From Zootoca vivipara (taxonomy: Eukaryota), in assembly GCF_963506605.1 (NCBI RefSeq), contig NC_083281.1, forward strand, positions 71,548,001 to 71,612,000: a stretch of 64,000 bases of DNA, read 5' to 3'. Below the pieces are notes generated by a model that saw only the letters and a program-made list of their open reading frames with translations, was not told where the DNA came from and did not search any database. The position numbers and the translations under genes were made by a program. Position 1 is the first letter of the stretch; every line of letters starts with the position of its first letter. Of this stretch, positions 1 to 24,651 are shown one piece after another.

Positions 1-1383
1 AGTGAACATAATATTTTAGCTGCAGCTCATTCATTTTCAGTTTTGTATTGTTATAAATAAAAAAAAGCTCACTGTTGTTGTGCCCATAACCTAGGTTTAT
101 GGTGCCATTTAGCTCCTAGCTTTCATATCTGTTTTTAACACTGTCTAGAAAGGGAAGCCGCTTCTTTCACTTTAGCTCTCTCATCTATTTCATTGCTTAA
201 TTTCTCTGTTCTTTAACTTGTTCTGACAGTCTTTTTCTCTCCCATCTGCAGCTCTCATCTTCTTGTCCGTTTAAGATATCAAATGTCTTTTTTGTTATTC
301 TGAATGCTTTTTCTTTTGTCAGTTTGAATCTTTCTCCCTCAGCTCTCCTAGGCACTGTTAGGGTTATTAATGGAAGCAAGGAAGCCCAAATCAGGGAACC
401 AGACCACCAGTGGCCTGAGACAACTGTCAGGGCCTCCTCTCCCCACTTTCCCTGTGGCTGTCTAAGGACATGAGCCCCGGAAGAAGGCAGAAGCAAGTTT
501 CAGGGAGCAAGTGCTGTCAGCTGGTCCTGGCAGGGAGCTATCAGTGCCCTAAGAGAACTGATGGAACAGCGCCACCTTCTCTGGGAGTCCTTAAGACCTT
601 TGTATCCTGAGGTAGGGCAAGGAAACCCACGCCAAGCACCATCAACAGCTGAGAAGCCCATCAGTCAGAGAGGATTCCCCTGCACTATAGTTTATACCAT
701 TTCTTTGTTTTAGTACTTTTAAGTGGTAAACTGCCTTGGGTCTTGGCAGGAAATAATTGCAGTAAAAACATGGAACTGTTTTCTGGAGTCCTCCTGCACA
801 CTCTAGGAAAGAGCACGCACTGCATGTGAACCAATTGCCCAGCTTCTATATATGAGAAAAGTTTGGGATCTGTATGGTCTGTTATAGTTTTTTGTCAAGG
901 AAGGGTATGTGTGAAAAACTAGCTTCAGCCATATTTCCATTGCAGAGCATCACCTTGAGGGGAGCCCCCTAATGGAACTCCCATCACCCCATCCCCGCCA
1001 ATATACTTCTTCAAGCTCTTCTGTCTGATTTGCTCTTTTTCCTCTTGTAATGTTGATATTCTTTTCCACATGCGGGTTGAGTCCAACCACAGCAGTTAAC
1101 CAGATGCTCCCGAGAAGCTCACAGGAAGGGCCCAATGGAGAAAGCCATCCTCAGCATTCCCAAGCTTCTGCTAATCAGAGGTAGGCTGCTTCTGAAGAGG
1201 ATGTGCCTTTATTGGCTGTCACTTTTGGCATTATAAAGCCTTTTTACTAGATGTTGTGGAATCGAGCAGTAGCATTACATGGCTTGTCAACTGAATTACT
1301 TCCAGGATTTTGGAAATTCATATGTAGGAATTTGTATTTAAAAATCAAATCCATTTTAACCAGTTTTTCTTTTCTTTTTTTAG

Positions 1384-1497
1384 CTTCTATCCATCAATAA
1401 AATGGTTTGAAAAGCAGGATGTTGTTGTTCTGAAGGTAAAATTACAAAATATTACCAGCCATGACTGCAAGTTTTTCTCCCAGAGGATTGTTTTCAG
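1384..1497 (+). CDS. TDRD12: TDRD12 coding exon (FYPSIKWFEKQD...RIVFS)
   Basis: Polypyrimidine tract plus AG at 1382-1383; GT at 1498; open frame. Confidence 0.85.
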
Positions 1498-2562
1498 GTA
1501 GATAGGAAATATTTTACAAAAAAAGGATTAAAAAATGATTTGTTTCTGTTTTGAAACTAATATTTTAAAATACTGTCAGTGCTTCCGTAGAAGACAGATT
1601 TTATTTGGCTGATATGGAGCTGCAGAAAAATATCATCAAAGAAAAATCAGCTTGTGATCTTAAGAATGGTGAACCTGTGATTACCCTTGCAAAAGAGAAG
1701 GCTGAACCTTGGTGCAACTTGCTGAAGCACAAAGTAGGTTGGACATTCAAAAGTGGGTTATGGAACTTAAAATATTGGCATGGTAGACTGAAGTATTCTG
1801 AAATGTTCCTTCCAACAGAATTCCCACGTCTCCTTTGATTTTGATTACTTGGATGATTCTGAAGAAAGAAGTCCCTTTTCTGCTGGTAAGCCACTAATTG
1901 CATTTTGTGTATACATTCCTCTTCAGTCATAGAGGTTATCCAGGAGTGGGCCATTTCAGAGGTAGGACTGCAAATTACTTCTTGCTTGGTCCCCTTCAGT
2001 GAGAGGAGCCACACACCCACCCACACACACCCACACTACTGTCTGCTTCAAAGCAGCAGGATTTTCACAGAACTTGGATTCTTTCTCTTTCATTGTCATG
2101 ATACCAACTAGTTTAAACATTTCTGTCCCTGACACTGATGAGGGAAATGCCTGCTACAAATCTGTTGCATACTTTGTGGAGGGGAGAATCAGAGCTGGCC
2201 ACAAGGAGGAGCCCTCCTGGGCTAGCATTGTAGGCAGTCAGCATCCTCCTTTTAGCTAGTATAAACCAATGTCTGATGACTCTTGTTCTTGCGGACAGGA
2301 AATGTGGAAAGGGAGCCTGTGCTTGGCAGGGATGTTTAGAGGGTGGATGTCTCTCTGTGCACTCTATAGGGCAGGAGCTAACTGGGATGCTGACACTGGG
2401 TTGCACTAAATGCATAGTGAACAGCTGCTGTGTCTGGTTTTTTTTTTTAAAAAAGCAAAGTATTCTTTTTTCAATCCTTTTCATAAGCTACTGGAATGAA
2501 AGGGTTAGAGAGAGTCTCTTATACCCATTCTCAATTATTTGACTTCTGATCTGCATTTTTCA

Positions 2563-2609
<47 letters not shown>

Positions 2610-3014
2610 CACTGTGTCCTGTAAGGTTTTTCATTTAAAAAAAACACCCATTGGTGTTAAAGAGTCATAGCCTTGTTGGTGGGGAGACCATTTTTTGTCA
2701 GGATTTCATCTGGGGAGGAAAAGTTGAACCCTCCCCCTTTCCCCACACCCTAAAATTAGCCACCAGATGGCAGCCAGTATTGTTTGTCCTATAGCACCCA
2801 GAGCCATTAGGAACCAGGCAAGACCCTCTCTTCAAAGTGGCACGTTAAACTGCACTAAAATGCTGGGAACTAGCTTTTTAGATGTATACATAATGTGTTT
2901 TTTTCTTAAGCAGGCACAGGCCCCAAGAAAGTGCACCTGGTTTCTACAGAGGAGGAAGAGGAGGAGCACTCCTCAGATGACAGTGACACCGAGAGTGATT
3001 TGTCCATTTGTTAA
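1384..3014 (+). CDS. TDRD12: TDRD12, 3' end (last four coding exons 1384-1497, 1580-1733, 1819-1885, 2914-3014), C-terminal CS/p23-like domain
   Basis: GT-AG spliced frame reads FYPSIKWFEKQDVVVLKVKLQNITSHDCKFFSQRIVFS|ASVEDRFYLADMELQKNIIKEKSACDLKNGEPVITLAKEKAEPWCNLLKHK|NSHVSFDFDYLDDSEERSPFSA|GTGPKKVHLVSTEEEEEEHSSDDSDTESDLSIC*, resembling the TDRD12 C-terminus as recalled. TDRD12 lies tail-to-tail with SLC7A9 in amniotes. Confidence 0.88.
1580..1733 (+). CDS. TDRD12: TDRD12 coding exon (ASVEDRFYLADMEL...LLKHK)
   Basis: AG at 1578-1579; GTAGGT at 1734; phase-compatible; overlaps ORF 1605..1838. Confidence 0.88.
1819..1885 (+). CDS. TDRD12: TDRD12 coding exon (NSHVSFDFDYLDDSEE...)
   Basis: CAG acceptor; GTAAG donor at 1886; phase-compatible. 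Confidence 0.85.
2567..2601. repeat. (TG)n microsatellite
   Basis: Visible. Confidence 0.95.
2914..3014 (+). CDS. TDRD12: TDRD12 last coding exon (acidic tail, TAA 3012-3014)
   Basis: T-tract plus AAGCAG (NAGNAG; start could be 2911); phase-1 frame gives an acidic tail then stop. Confidence 0.75.
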
Positions 3015-4545
3015 TTCTGGTTTGGAAATGGGGATTAAGAACCAGGCTGTCACATGAGAACCCGCAGCTTGGGTGGCATTTCCATAATGAAAGCATTTTA
3101 GCTTTTTGAACATCAGTAAAAGTTCTATGACCATGATTTTGAAGAGGGTTGTCATGGTGGGAGGGTGGGATGTTTGCTGTTCGACTTAACTGCCATAGAC
3201 TGATCACATGTACAATTGATTTCAGTGAGTTTTAATTCAAGGTAAATTTGCTCTGAGTAGAAGAGTTGTGATTTTTGCTAAGTACCTAACCGTGAAACCA
3301 ATGGAGGGAGGTGAAAATCCTCTCTCTGTGTGTGTGGCTATTCTTGGAGCCTGTTTCAAAAAGAAAGCACAGCTTCTGGCCTTTTCCTCACAAAACAAAT
3401 TATCAAGCCTCATACAGATATTAGACAAAAGGAGTTAAGAGTAGAAACTGTCTGGGAAGCACCATTCAAGTTCTTAAATGTAACTTGGATTTCTTAGCCA
3501 TTACAACCCTCAGAATATTTCCCCTCATGCTACCTTGGAATCTTTTCCTTCAGAATTTTTCCTGCGGCTTTATAATCCGTTGTAAAGCAAAGCAGTTGTG
3601 CACAGTGGTGATTATTGACTACAAAGGACATTATAACAGAATGGATGCTGGCAGAATGAAACTGTTTTTGGCAATAGAGTAATGTGCTTCTATGAAGCAA
3701 TGAATTTCTGAGTTACACTTGGATATGTTTCATGAAGTACCATTTATTTAGGAAAGTGAATTGTGAACATTCAGCATGTTAACATCTAGATGAGGTTTCT
3801 GTAGTAGGTAGGAAAATGGAGAATAGGTTTTAATCCTTTCCAGCAACCTGTTTAAAATGACAATGTGCAAGCCAAAACCAGGCATTGTCCTTGCTTGTAA
3901 TGGCCACATAAAGCATTTGTGTTTTCAGCCTCTGGCATCCATTGATACCAAGTGTTTGGTGTGATGTCATGTCCATGTTGTATTGCTAGAGACAAGTGTT
4001 CAGTCTAACAATATTTAGTTCTGATCTTAATTTCTTTTTAAAAATGTAGCCATCAAAACCAGTTTAATACTGGTGATGTACTAAGTGTACCCTTTGTTAG
4101 CTGTATCTTAAGGTGTAAAACTATAAGATGCTGACTGATCTGTGCAGAAAATATTTTTGTTTTCAGAATATGAGAACTAATTTGAAAGCTTAAAGTAGTT
4201 GATTAGAAAAATAGTTCTGGTTCTTTGATCAGTTTGTTTTGTGTGGAATTGTTTGGGCCAACACAGCTGATGCATTACATCTAATTTTTCCTGCTCTAAT
4301 ATGGTAGATAATGAAAGTTAAATCATATTATAGGTCTCCCTTGAACATCAATATTCAAATTGGTTAGTTAACTAGACACTATTTGTTTGAGTGCTCTCTT
4401 TCTGTACATTTTTATATTGGCACAAAGAGCTGTGGGTATGTGTAAGAAGAATTAGAATCAAAGGGTATACCTGTGTTGTTATCTGGATCCAGGAGCTGTG
4501 AGGGGCTGGTAGATCCACTTAATCAAAAGAACCAAAAATATAATA

Positions 4546-4770
4546 CAGTGGACGCTTGGGGTTGTGAATGTGATCCGTGCGGAAGGCACATTCGCAACCT
4601 GCAGCGTTCACAACCCGCAGTGTTGTGTCTGCGCACGCGCGGATTGCGATTCAGCGCTTCTGTGCATGTGCCGAAACCCAGAAGTAACCTGTTTCAGTAC
4701 TTCCGGGTTCGGCGGGGAGCGCAACCCGAAAAGACGCAACCTGAAGCGGCTGTAACCCGAGGTATGACTG
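4546..4770. mobile_element. Tc1/mariner (Tigger-like) MITE
   Basis: TA|CAGT...ACTG|TA ends. Confidence 0.7.
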
Positions 4771-7502
4771 TAAAGTACTGCTACAATAAATACAACTTTC
4801 CCTACCTGTTCGCATAGCAGTATAACAAAAAGTAAAGTGAAGGATGCCCAAATGACTGTCAGATGCACAGGCATAGTTATATATTATAGTCTCTTTGATA
4901 TACTTATTACTAAGTTTATATGCTGCCCTGCATCCAAAGATCACAAGGCAGTATGCTTAACAAAATAATTGCCCTGTTGACATTAAATACAGTATTAGAT
5001 AAATAGTACCTTTTAAGAGTATCCTCCAATGGGGAGCAGCATTCTGTCACTGAATTGACAGCCTCTCTGGAAGCTGCAGATATTAGTTGCAATGGGTTCT
5101 AACATACCCTCTAATGCCTGCATCCTATTTTCTAAATGCCCCTACTTTTTCCAGTTAAATATTCCCACTCCACATTGTCAAATGTGTAACAGTACAGTGC
5201 AACAACAGTTTACTCTATAAAATGAATATGGCAGCAATTGTTGAGCTTTCAGTGTTTCACATGATTGACCCAAATGATGTTATAACAGTTGGGCATCTCT
5301 GTATATCATACATGCAATTAGATCAGAGGTCTTTGAAAGTTGGATGTTGTGATAAACCCTTCTTAAGGCCATAATCCTATGCAAGCCATAGGAAAAAGTT
5401 CCATTGAGTTCAATGGGGAATACTCCCAGGTAAGTAGATAGAGGATTGCAGCCTTATTCAGGAGCTGTACTCAAGTAGGACCTGCTTCCAGCTAAATGTG
5501 TATAGGGCTGCACTGCCAGTGTTTTTCCAAGAGTTTGGTCTTTGCAACCTCCAAGACTGATTTTCATTTCCACAAACTGGGTCAAAGAAATTGCAGGGAA
5601 GGGGTGTTGAATCCCTTTGACAATTTTTTGCTGCAAATATGTATCTTCTGTAGGTAAAAGCAGGATGTCAGGGGAGAAATTTGAATTGGGCGGGGGGGGG
5701 CATGCTCCTCCTGTTTCTGTTTCTCCTGCCAGTCCACCTATCCAATGTGGGACCCTTGCTGCTCCTTTTATTTTGAAAATTAAGAAACTAGCAGTTTCAT
5801 TTGCCATGTAAAATTTTGTTTGGTTTTTAGCATAGAACCAGGGGCAACACAGCCCTGCAGTTTCTCAGAATCCTCATACAGTGAGTTCTAATGAAAAGAA
5901 TAATATGGTAATTGGTGATGGTTTAAGTACTTGGTATTTCATATGAATACTTATGGAAAAGGTTATTTATGCCTGTTAGAAAAGCAATAAAGAACACTCT
6001 TAAAACCAGCCTTTATGTCTTTGGAGTTGTAAGAAACTATTTATTTATTAAATAGAAAATGTAATAAAAATATACCAAAGGCATTTGCAACAAGTCACAA
6101 AACAGTAATGTTGGAACTTTGACTTTTCAGAGTGCACAAGGAATCTAGAGAAGGCCAAAGGAAGGGAGGGAAAGAGCATCTAGTGTTCCATTTACCAGCA
6201 GTTCATTCCATGTTTGCAGCAGTAAAAAATTCTAAATCTTTGGTTTTCCTGCACATCTTTCACAAAAGTAATTTTGAAAAGCAACAAACATGTCTGTTCC
6301 AAGATCGCTACCTGACTTTGAGATTATTTCCACTTACTTGCCTGCTATCTCAGTAATGAGACAGCTGAGCACTGCATGGAAAACCTTGCTTCCACATCCC
6401 AAACATATTGTGGAACCCTGACCCCAAACCAATGGTAAGAGGAATGGTGGTAGCCAAATCAAAGATGTAGCTTCTTGGATCCAGCCTACACAACCACAGC
6501 CAATTTTTACTTTTATTATCTGCCTAGTGGCAACTTTGTTTTAGAGGGGAAGACATTTTGCAAGTAGGGAAATTGGTGTGGCAAAAGTTCTTTTTTATGG
6601 ATGTTGTGATAAATCCATTAAATCTTTAAGGTGGTACAAGGCTCCTTGATGTCTTTCCTTTGGAATTAGATTAAAAATGTTGCTTAAGCGTCTGTCTTTG
6701 CATGCACGCCTTTTCAAAAGATGTAGCTGTGCAGGATACTGAGGTAGAGACATGACAGCAGCAAACCAAGCTCAGGCTCCCTGAGTGCCAAAACAACCTT
6801 ATATGGGCAACCAAGGATCTGCCTTTAAGCCTCATGCTGGACAGACTCTCCCCATCTAATACACAAACCATTGTGCCTGCAAAAATCTGCTCCAGTGTTG
6901 AGATACATCCCATCATCTGCTCATGTTTCATTGTGTCAAGGCAGAGGCATACTTTGAGAAGCCTCAGCCTAGTCCAGTGTATTACTTTTCTTGACCTCTT
7001 CAACCGCTGGAGTCAATATCATATGGATTATGTCTAGATCACATGTCTTTCTCCCTCCCAGATGTTCACCTGTCATTTCATTTGGGTTTCTACCCTTTAT
7101 AAATCTGTAAGACATTTAATAGATGAGATTTCATCTTTGCGCTTCCATGTTTGTTTGCTGGTAGATGGCACTGTAATACTGCATGTTCCGTCCTTTCAGC
7201 TTGCTGAGAAAATAATGTAGAAATTCCATACCTGAAATCAAGTCCATGGCCTACAACTCCTCAGGTCTTTTCCCCCATACAGATATTTTCTTAAGATGTT
7301 GCAAATCCCTGAATTCAATGTGTTACAAAAACAAATGCATTTTACAGGGGAAAAGAACAGAACGGTGTCTTTTTCAGGACGCTTACTGTCTCACAAATGT
7401 CCCCTATCCTCAGCATTGAGACCAATAGTTGTGGACATGATGTATCATACCTGCTGAACTATTTCCAGGATCTAGCCTTTTGAATGATGGAAAAATTCAA
7501 TG

Positions 7503-20338
<12,836 letters not shown>

Positions 20339-20611
20339 TTTGCTTACTTGATGCTGATGCCTATTATATTAGTGAATCCTGCAACCAGCACACAGTTAAC
20401 TATGATTATATTATTCAAAAGTCTGTTTATCTTTTGACTTCAAAAAAGCAATGGGGGACCCATAGCGCTCTTACATAGTTAATTCAAAGTAATGGTGGGA
20501 TGTGCTACCTCACTCCAAGTTGGCTTTGTAATGTTATAGCATAATCAAATCTAAGTATGGGACACTGTGATATCACCTCACTGGTCCTATGATCCCTGAT
20601 TATCTAGATCA

Positions 20612-20908
20612 CATAGCCAGCAAGAAGATCCCTGCGACGGGGTGAGCTCCCATTGCTTGGTCCCAGCTCCTGCCAACCTAGCAGTTCGAAAGCACGTCAA
20701 AAATGCAAGTAGATAAATAGGAACCGCTACAGCGGGAAGGTAAACGGCGTTTCCGTGTGCTGCTCTGGTTCGCCAGAAGTGGCTTTGTCATGCTGGCCAC
20801 ATGACCTGGAAGCTATACGCCGGCTCCCTCGGCCAATAATGCAAGATGAGCGCGCAACCCCAGAGTCGATCATGACCGGACCTAATGGTCAGGGGTCCCT
20901 TTACCTTT
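20612..20908 (-). mobile_element. Sauria SINE, copy-A specific
   Basis: Reverse complement starts AAAGGTAAAGGGACCCCTGACC; contains the GGTCATGTGGCCAGCATGAC core. Confidence 0.85.
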
Positions 20909-21914
20909 TATGAGTAATATAAAGGTGGCTTATCTGCCTTAATGGGAGCTCAAAGGTTGGAAATGAATTTGCTGTACACAACATGATTTGATTTTATGGA
21001 TAACTTATTATCAGATGGTTTGTTGGCCACCAGTGATCAGATGACTTTGTTATCAGTTTGCTCATTTTATATTGCAAACTTTATAGCTGGTTCGATGGTT
21101 TAACATGGCAGTCACAACACAGGATGTGAGCAGGTTTCTTTGTTGGGCAGCCAATTCTCAAATCAAGAAAGGTGGCCGTTTTGTGGAAGCTGGAGGCGTT
21201 TGCAGGGCCTCTCTCACCTCTTGCTTGCTTATTTTTGGGAACCGTCATCACAAAGAGACAGAGAACGTGGGAAGAAAGTTGGCCTCAGTGATTATGCCTT
21301 TTGCTTGGGATTTAAAAAAAGTTCTGAAGAGGAGAGGGGGGGGGCTGCCTTGGGATAAGGATAGGAAAGGCAGGGGAAATTGCTTCTGCACATCCCTGGC
21401 TCTTTCCTCCAGTTGGTGTTGCTTCCTTCCCTGGGACTCAGCTAAACTCAAGTTGTTGAACATATATATATGGGGGGGGGGCTGCCAACTCCACATACGG
21501 TATTTGAAAGTGCAATCCTAAACATGTCCACTGAAAATCAACTCCTGTTGAATTCAGTGGGACTTACCCACAGGTAAATTAAATTAGGATTGCAAGCAGT
21601 GTGGTGTGTTTGAGCCCACAGATTCATTTGCAAACTAGGGGGACTGCCATAGCCACTTTGTACTGATGGCAAGCGTGCAAGAACCATCGCACACCTTCAC
21701 ACTTTCCCTTCATGGCCAGTGCTTAGGCTGGAAGGAAGTCTTAGTTTTCTTTAAGCCCAATTGGCGGCAGCGGGATGATCTTCTTGGAGAGTCCAGCTGG
21801 GGTGGCAAGTAGGGCAGTTCCCTCCCTGCTACAATAGTTTTAAGGAAGATAAGGAACATCACTCATCCCAGAAAAACAATAACAGCAACATTTGGAAGTG
21901 AGAGTGGTACTCAC

Positions 21915-22067
21915 CGTGTTTGGTGTAGCTCTTGAGTCATCGAAACACCTTCCTTCACTTACCGGTATCTCCTCCTTCAGCAGACAATGCCCGCAACTGG
22001 AAAGCAGAATGCTGGGAAACAGCAGTCGCTTAAGTACAGAGGTTATAAACAAAGGTAATTATTAAAC
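21915..22067 (-). promoter_or_regulatory. Putative non-coding exon 1 and core promoter of SLC7A9-A
   Basis: Strong donor CGG|GTGAGT at 21914; TTTATAA at 22043-22049; HNF1-like GTTTAATAATTACC at 22054-22067; conserved in copy B. Confidence 0.55.
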
Positions 22068-22518
22068 TAGAATGCTTCCAAGAAGCATTAAGAGCCCAAT
22101 TAATTTATCAGCAAAAAAAGGCAGAGTTTTTGGTTCCATTTTGATGTCTCTCCACCCCCCACCCCCTGTGTCTTGCAGTTTGAACAAGCACCGAAGTATT
22201 TGACAGTGCGGCACTCATGGACCAAGGCGCCAACAAATTGCAGGTTGCCATGATTTTATAAAACATCAAGGTTTTTATAAAACATCACGATTAAAAAGAA
22301 AAAGAAAAACCCACTGAACTTTCGGAAGGGATCGTTGTGGGTTATTTTCTTTACAAGCTTCTTAATTAGCAAGCTTTCTAACAAAGGTTTTTAAAGCAAT
22401 ACATTGCTTACTTTAGCAAAAAGGGAAGAATTTAAAAAGGAAACAGACGAGCTCCTATCTACTTCAGACAATTGGCTGCCTGCCCACCTGCTCTCCTGTA
22501 CTGCTTGTTTGGATGGAC

Positions 22519-22535
22519 TGAACTTCTCTTGAACT
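22519..22535 (-). promoter_or_regulatory. Consensus DR5 nuclear-receptor element (RARE-like) AGTTCA-AGAGA-AGTTCA
   Basis: Exact RGKTCA-N5-RGKTCA match in copy-A-specific upstream sequence; function untested. Confidence 0.35.
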
Positions 22536-23537
22536 TGCTAACAGGCTGAATGCAGTAAGAAAGAAGGAAAGAAAATCTCCCTTTGTTTCCAGCCTTCAGC
22601 ACATTTGCAGACAAACAAACAAACTTAGTTAATTACTTTTCTGCACTTGGGGTTTAGAATGTATCTTATTCGATCCCTCCTTCACTATCACCCCTGATTA
22701 TTGGCCATGCTAGCTGCAGCTGTTGGGAGTTGAGTCCAACAGTATGTGGAGGGTTGTCTAAGTTTCTCACCCCAGCCCTGGATTTTTAAAATGTCTCCAA
22801 TGTTGACATTCACACACTTTTCTGAAGAGATGTTCAGAACTTCTACCTGTGTTTTAATTCGTCTTCTTTATCCGTGTGTCCAGAATTAAAGTTAAATAAA
22901 ATAGGTTGGTGGCTGCCTAGTTCTTAGAGCTAGGGAACCTGAAAACGTATCGAGGACCAGGAGTTCCCCTTCACTCTCAGGCCAAATAGGTTTCTGTAGT
23001 GCTTCAGAAACCAACACACCTCAATTGAGCACAGCAAGAAAAGAGAGATGAGGGTGCACATCACCAGAAGCGATGCCTCTGTCATACTGTTACAAAAACA
23101 ATTGTGCGGTGCAAAAATCACATAGGCTACATGAGCAAAGGGTTTGGTAATGGTCGTAGATTGCGCAAGAATTCAAAGCAGCTTGAAATGTTATAGCAAC
23201 CAATAGGTATGTACACATGTTTGGCATATTAATTTCACACTGGGAAATTTGATTTGAATAAGTGAGTGAGATTGGTCTTTTCTCCCCTCTGTGATATAAA
23301 TCGATTTATTTAAATTGCCTTCATTCAAATCAACCCACCCTAGATAACAAAACTAATCTGCTTTTGTGGTTGTTGCAAGGATGATAGAATTAAAGCATGC
23401 ATAATGCTTCCAGTTACTGGTCTTCAGCTGGTGGGCCAGGACCCACTATGAAAATATGCAGTAAAGGATTAAGAAATGCATGTTTGCATTAAAAGCAGGG
23501 CCTGGGTCTGAAAAGGCTGAAGACTACTGCTCTAAAC

Positions 23538-23783
23538 CATTCTCCCCAAACTAAGGCCCGGGGGCCAGATGCGGCCCAATCGCCTTCTAAATCCGGCCCG
23601 CGGACAGTCCGGGAATCACCATGTTTTTACAGTAGAATGTGTCCTTTTATTTAAAATCCATCTCTGGACTATTTGTGGGGCATAGGAATTTGTTCATATT
23701 TTTTTCCAAAATATAGTCCGGCCCCCCACAAGGTCTGAGGGACAGTGGACCGGCCCGCTGCTGAAAAAGTTTGCTGACCCCTG
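23538..23783. mobile_element. hAT-Charlie-type MITE (inverted), copy-A specific
   Basis: Flanked by duplicated CTCTAAAC; empty site at about 59694. Confidence 0.85.
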
Positions 23784-24651
23784 CTCTAAACCATTCTTCC
23801 CAAACATGGCGTCCTCCAGTTGGACTACAACTCCCCAAATCCCTGACCATCAGCCATGCTCTCTGGGACTGATGGAAGTTGTGGCTCAAAATAGCTGGAG
23901 AGTGACAGGTTGTGGAAGGGTGTTCTAAATTGCTACTACAGGTATGCTTAGCAGTATTACTGTTGTGTCCAGTCCTCATGGATGTTGAGATGCATTTGAA
24001 TAAGATTTGCACGGGCTTTTGCACAATGTCCTAAAAGGCTTGGCTTTGCAAAGGTGAAATGTAAAAGGAATATTAGAGTCCCTATCTGTAGCTTAAGGAC
24101 AATCTTAATTCATTCATATGCACTTTGGACTCCCTCCTAGGGCTAATCCTTGAGCATAATGAGAATGAAGTTCAACGTTCTGAGATAGGCACATGTTCAA
24201 TGCAATGTTTCCTTATAACTCTATGGTCTATTGCAGGCAATTACATTAGTCAGGAATGAAATAAATAGTTCTTAAATACTAAATGACAACACACCCAGAT
24301 TGTAGTAACTACCTGCTCTGGACCTACACAGTTGAGCTACAGAGGCAGCACCGATGCCAGCAAACACAGAGTCCAGCCAGTATCTTGCTAATCTCTCAAG
24401 GTAAAGTGCACAATGAGCTATTGCCAATCAGCATAATAATTTTTAAAAAGTTACCTCTGTGTAAGTCCTACACACAACGCATTGTTAAACCATTGAATTC
24501 GCTTCCACAAGATGCACTGATGGTCACCAATTTTGTTTCGGCATCGGACTAGGCAAAATATAAGGCTAATCGATGGCCACTAGTCATGGTGACTCTATAT
24601 TATCTCCAACATCAGAGGCAACAGATTGGGGAAAAGAGTGATGTCCCATTG

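Noticed and set aside
343-612. Possible additional TDRD12 exon (acceptor near 342-351, donor-like GAG|GTAGGG at 611)
   Set aside because: Frames tried from these acceptors hit stops (e.g. TGA at 471-473) and I recognise no homology; it cannot be supported.
5986-6068. Opposing AATAAA/TTTATT signals suggesting overlapping TDRD12 and SLC7A9 3' ends
   Set aside because: AT-rich context makes such hexamers common; this cannot be supported without 3'-end data.
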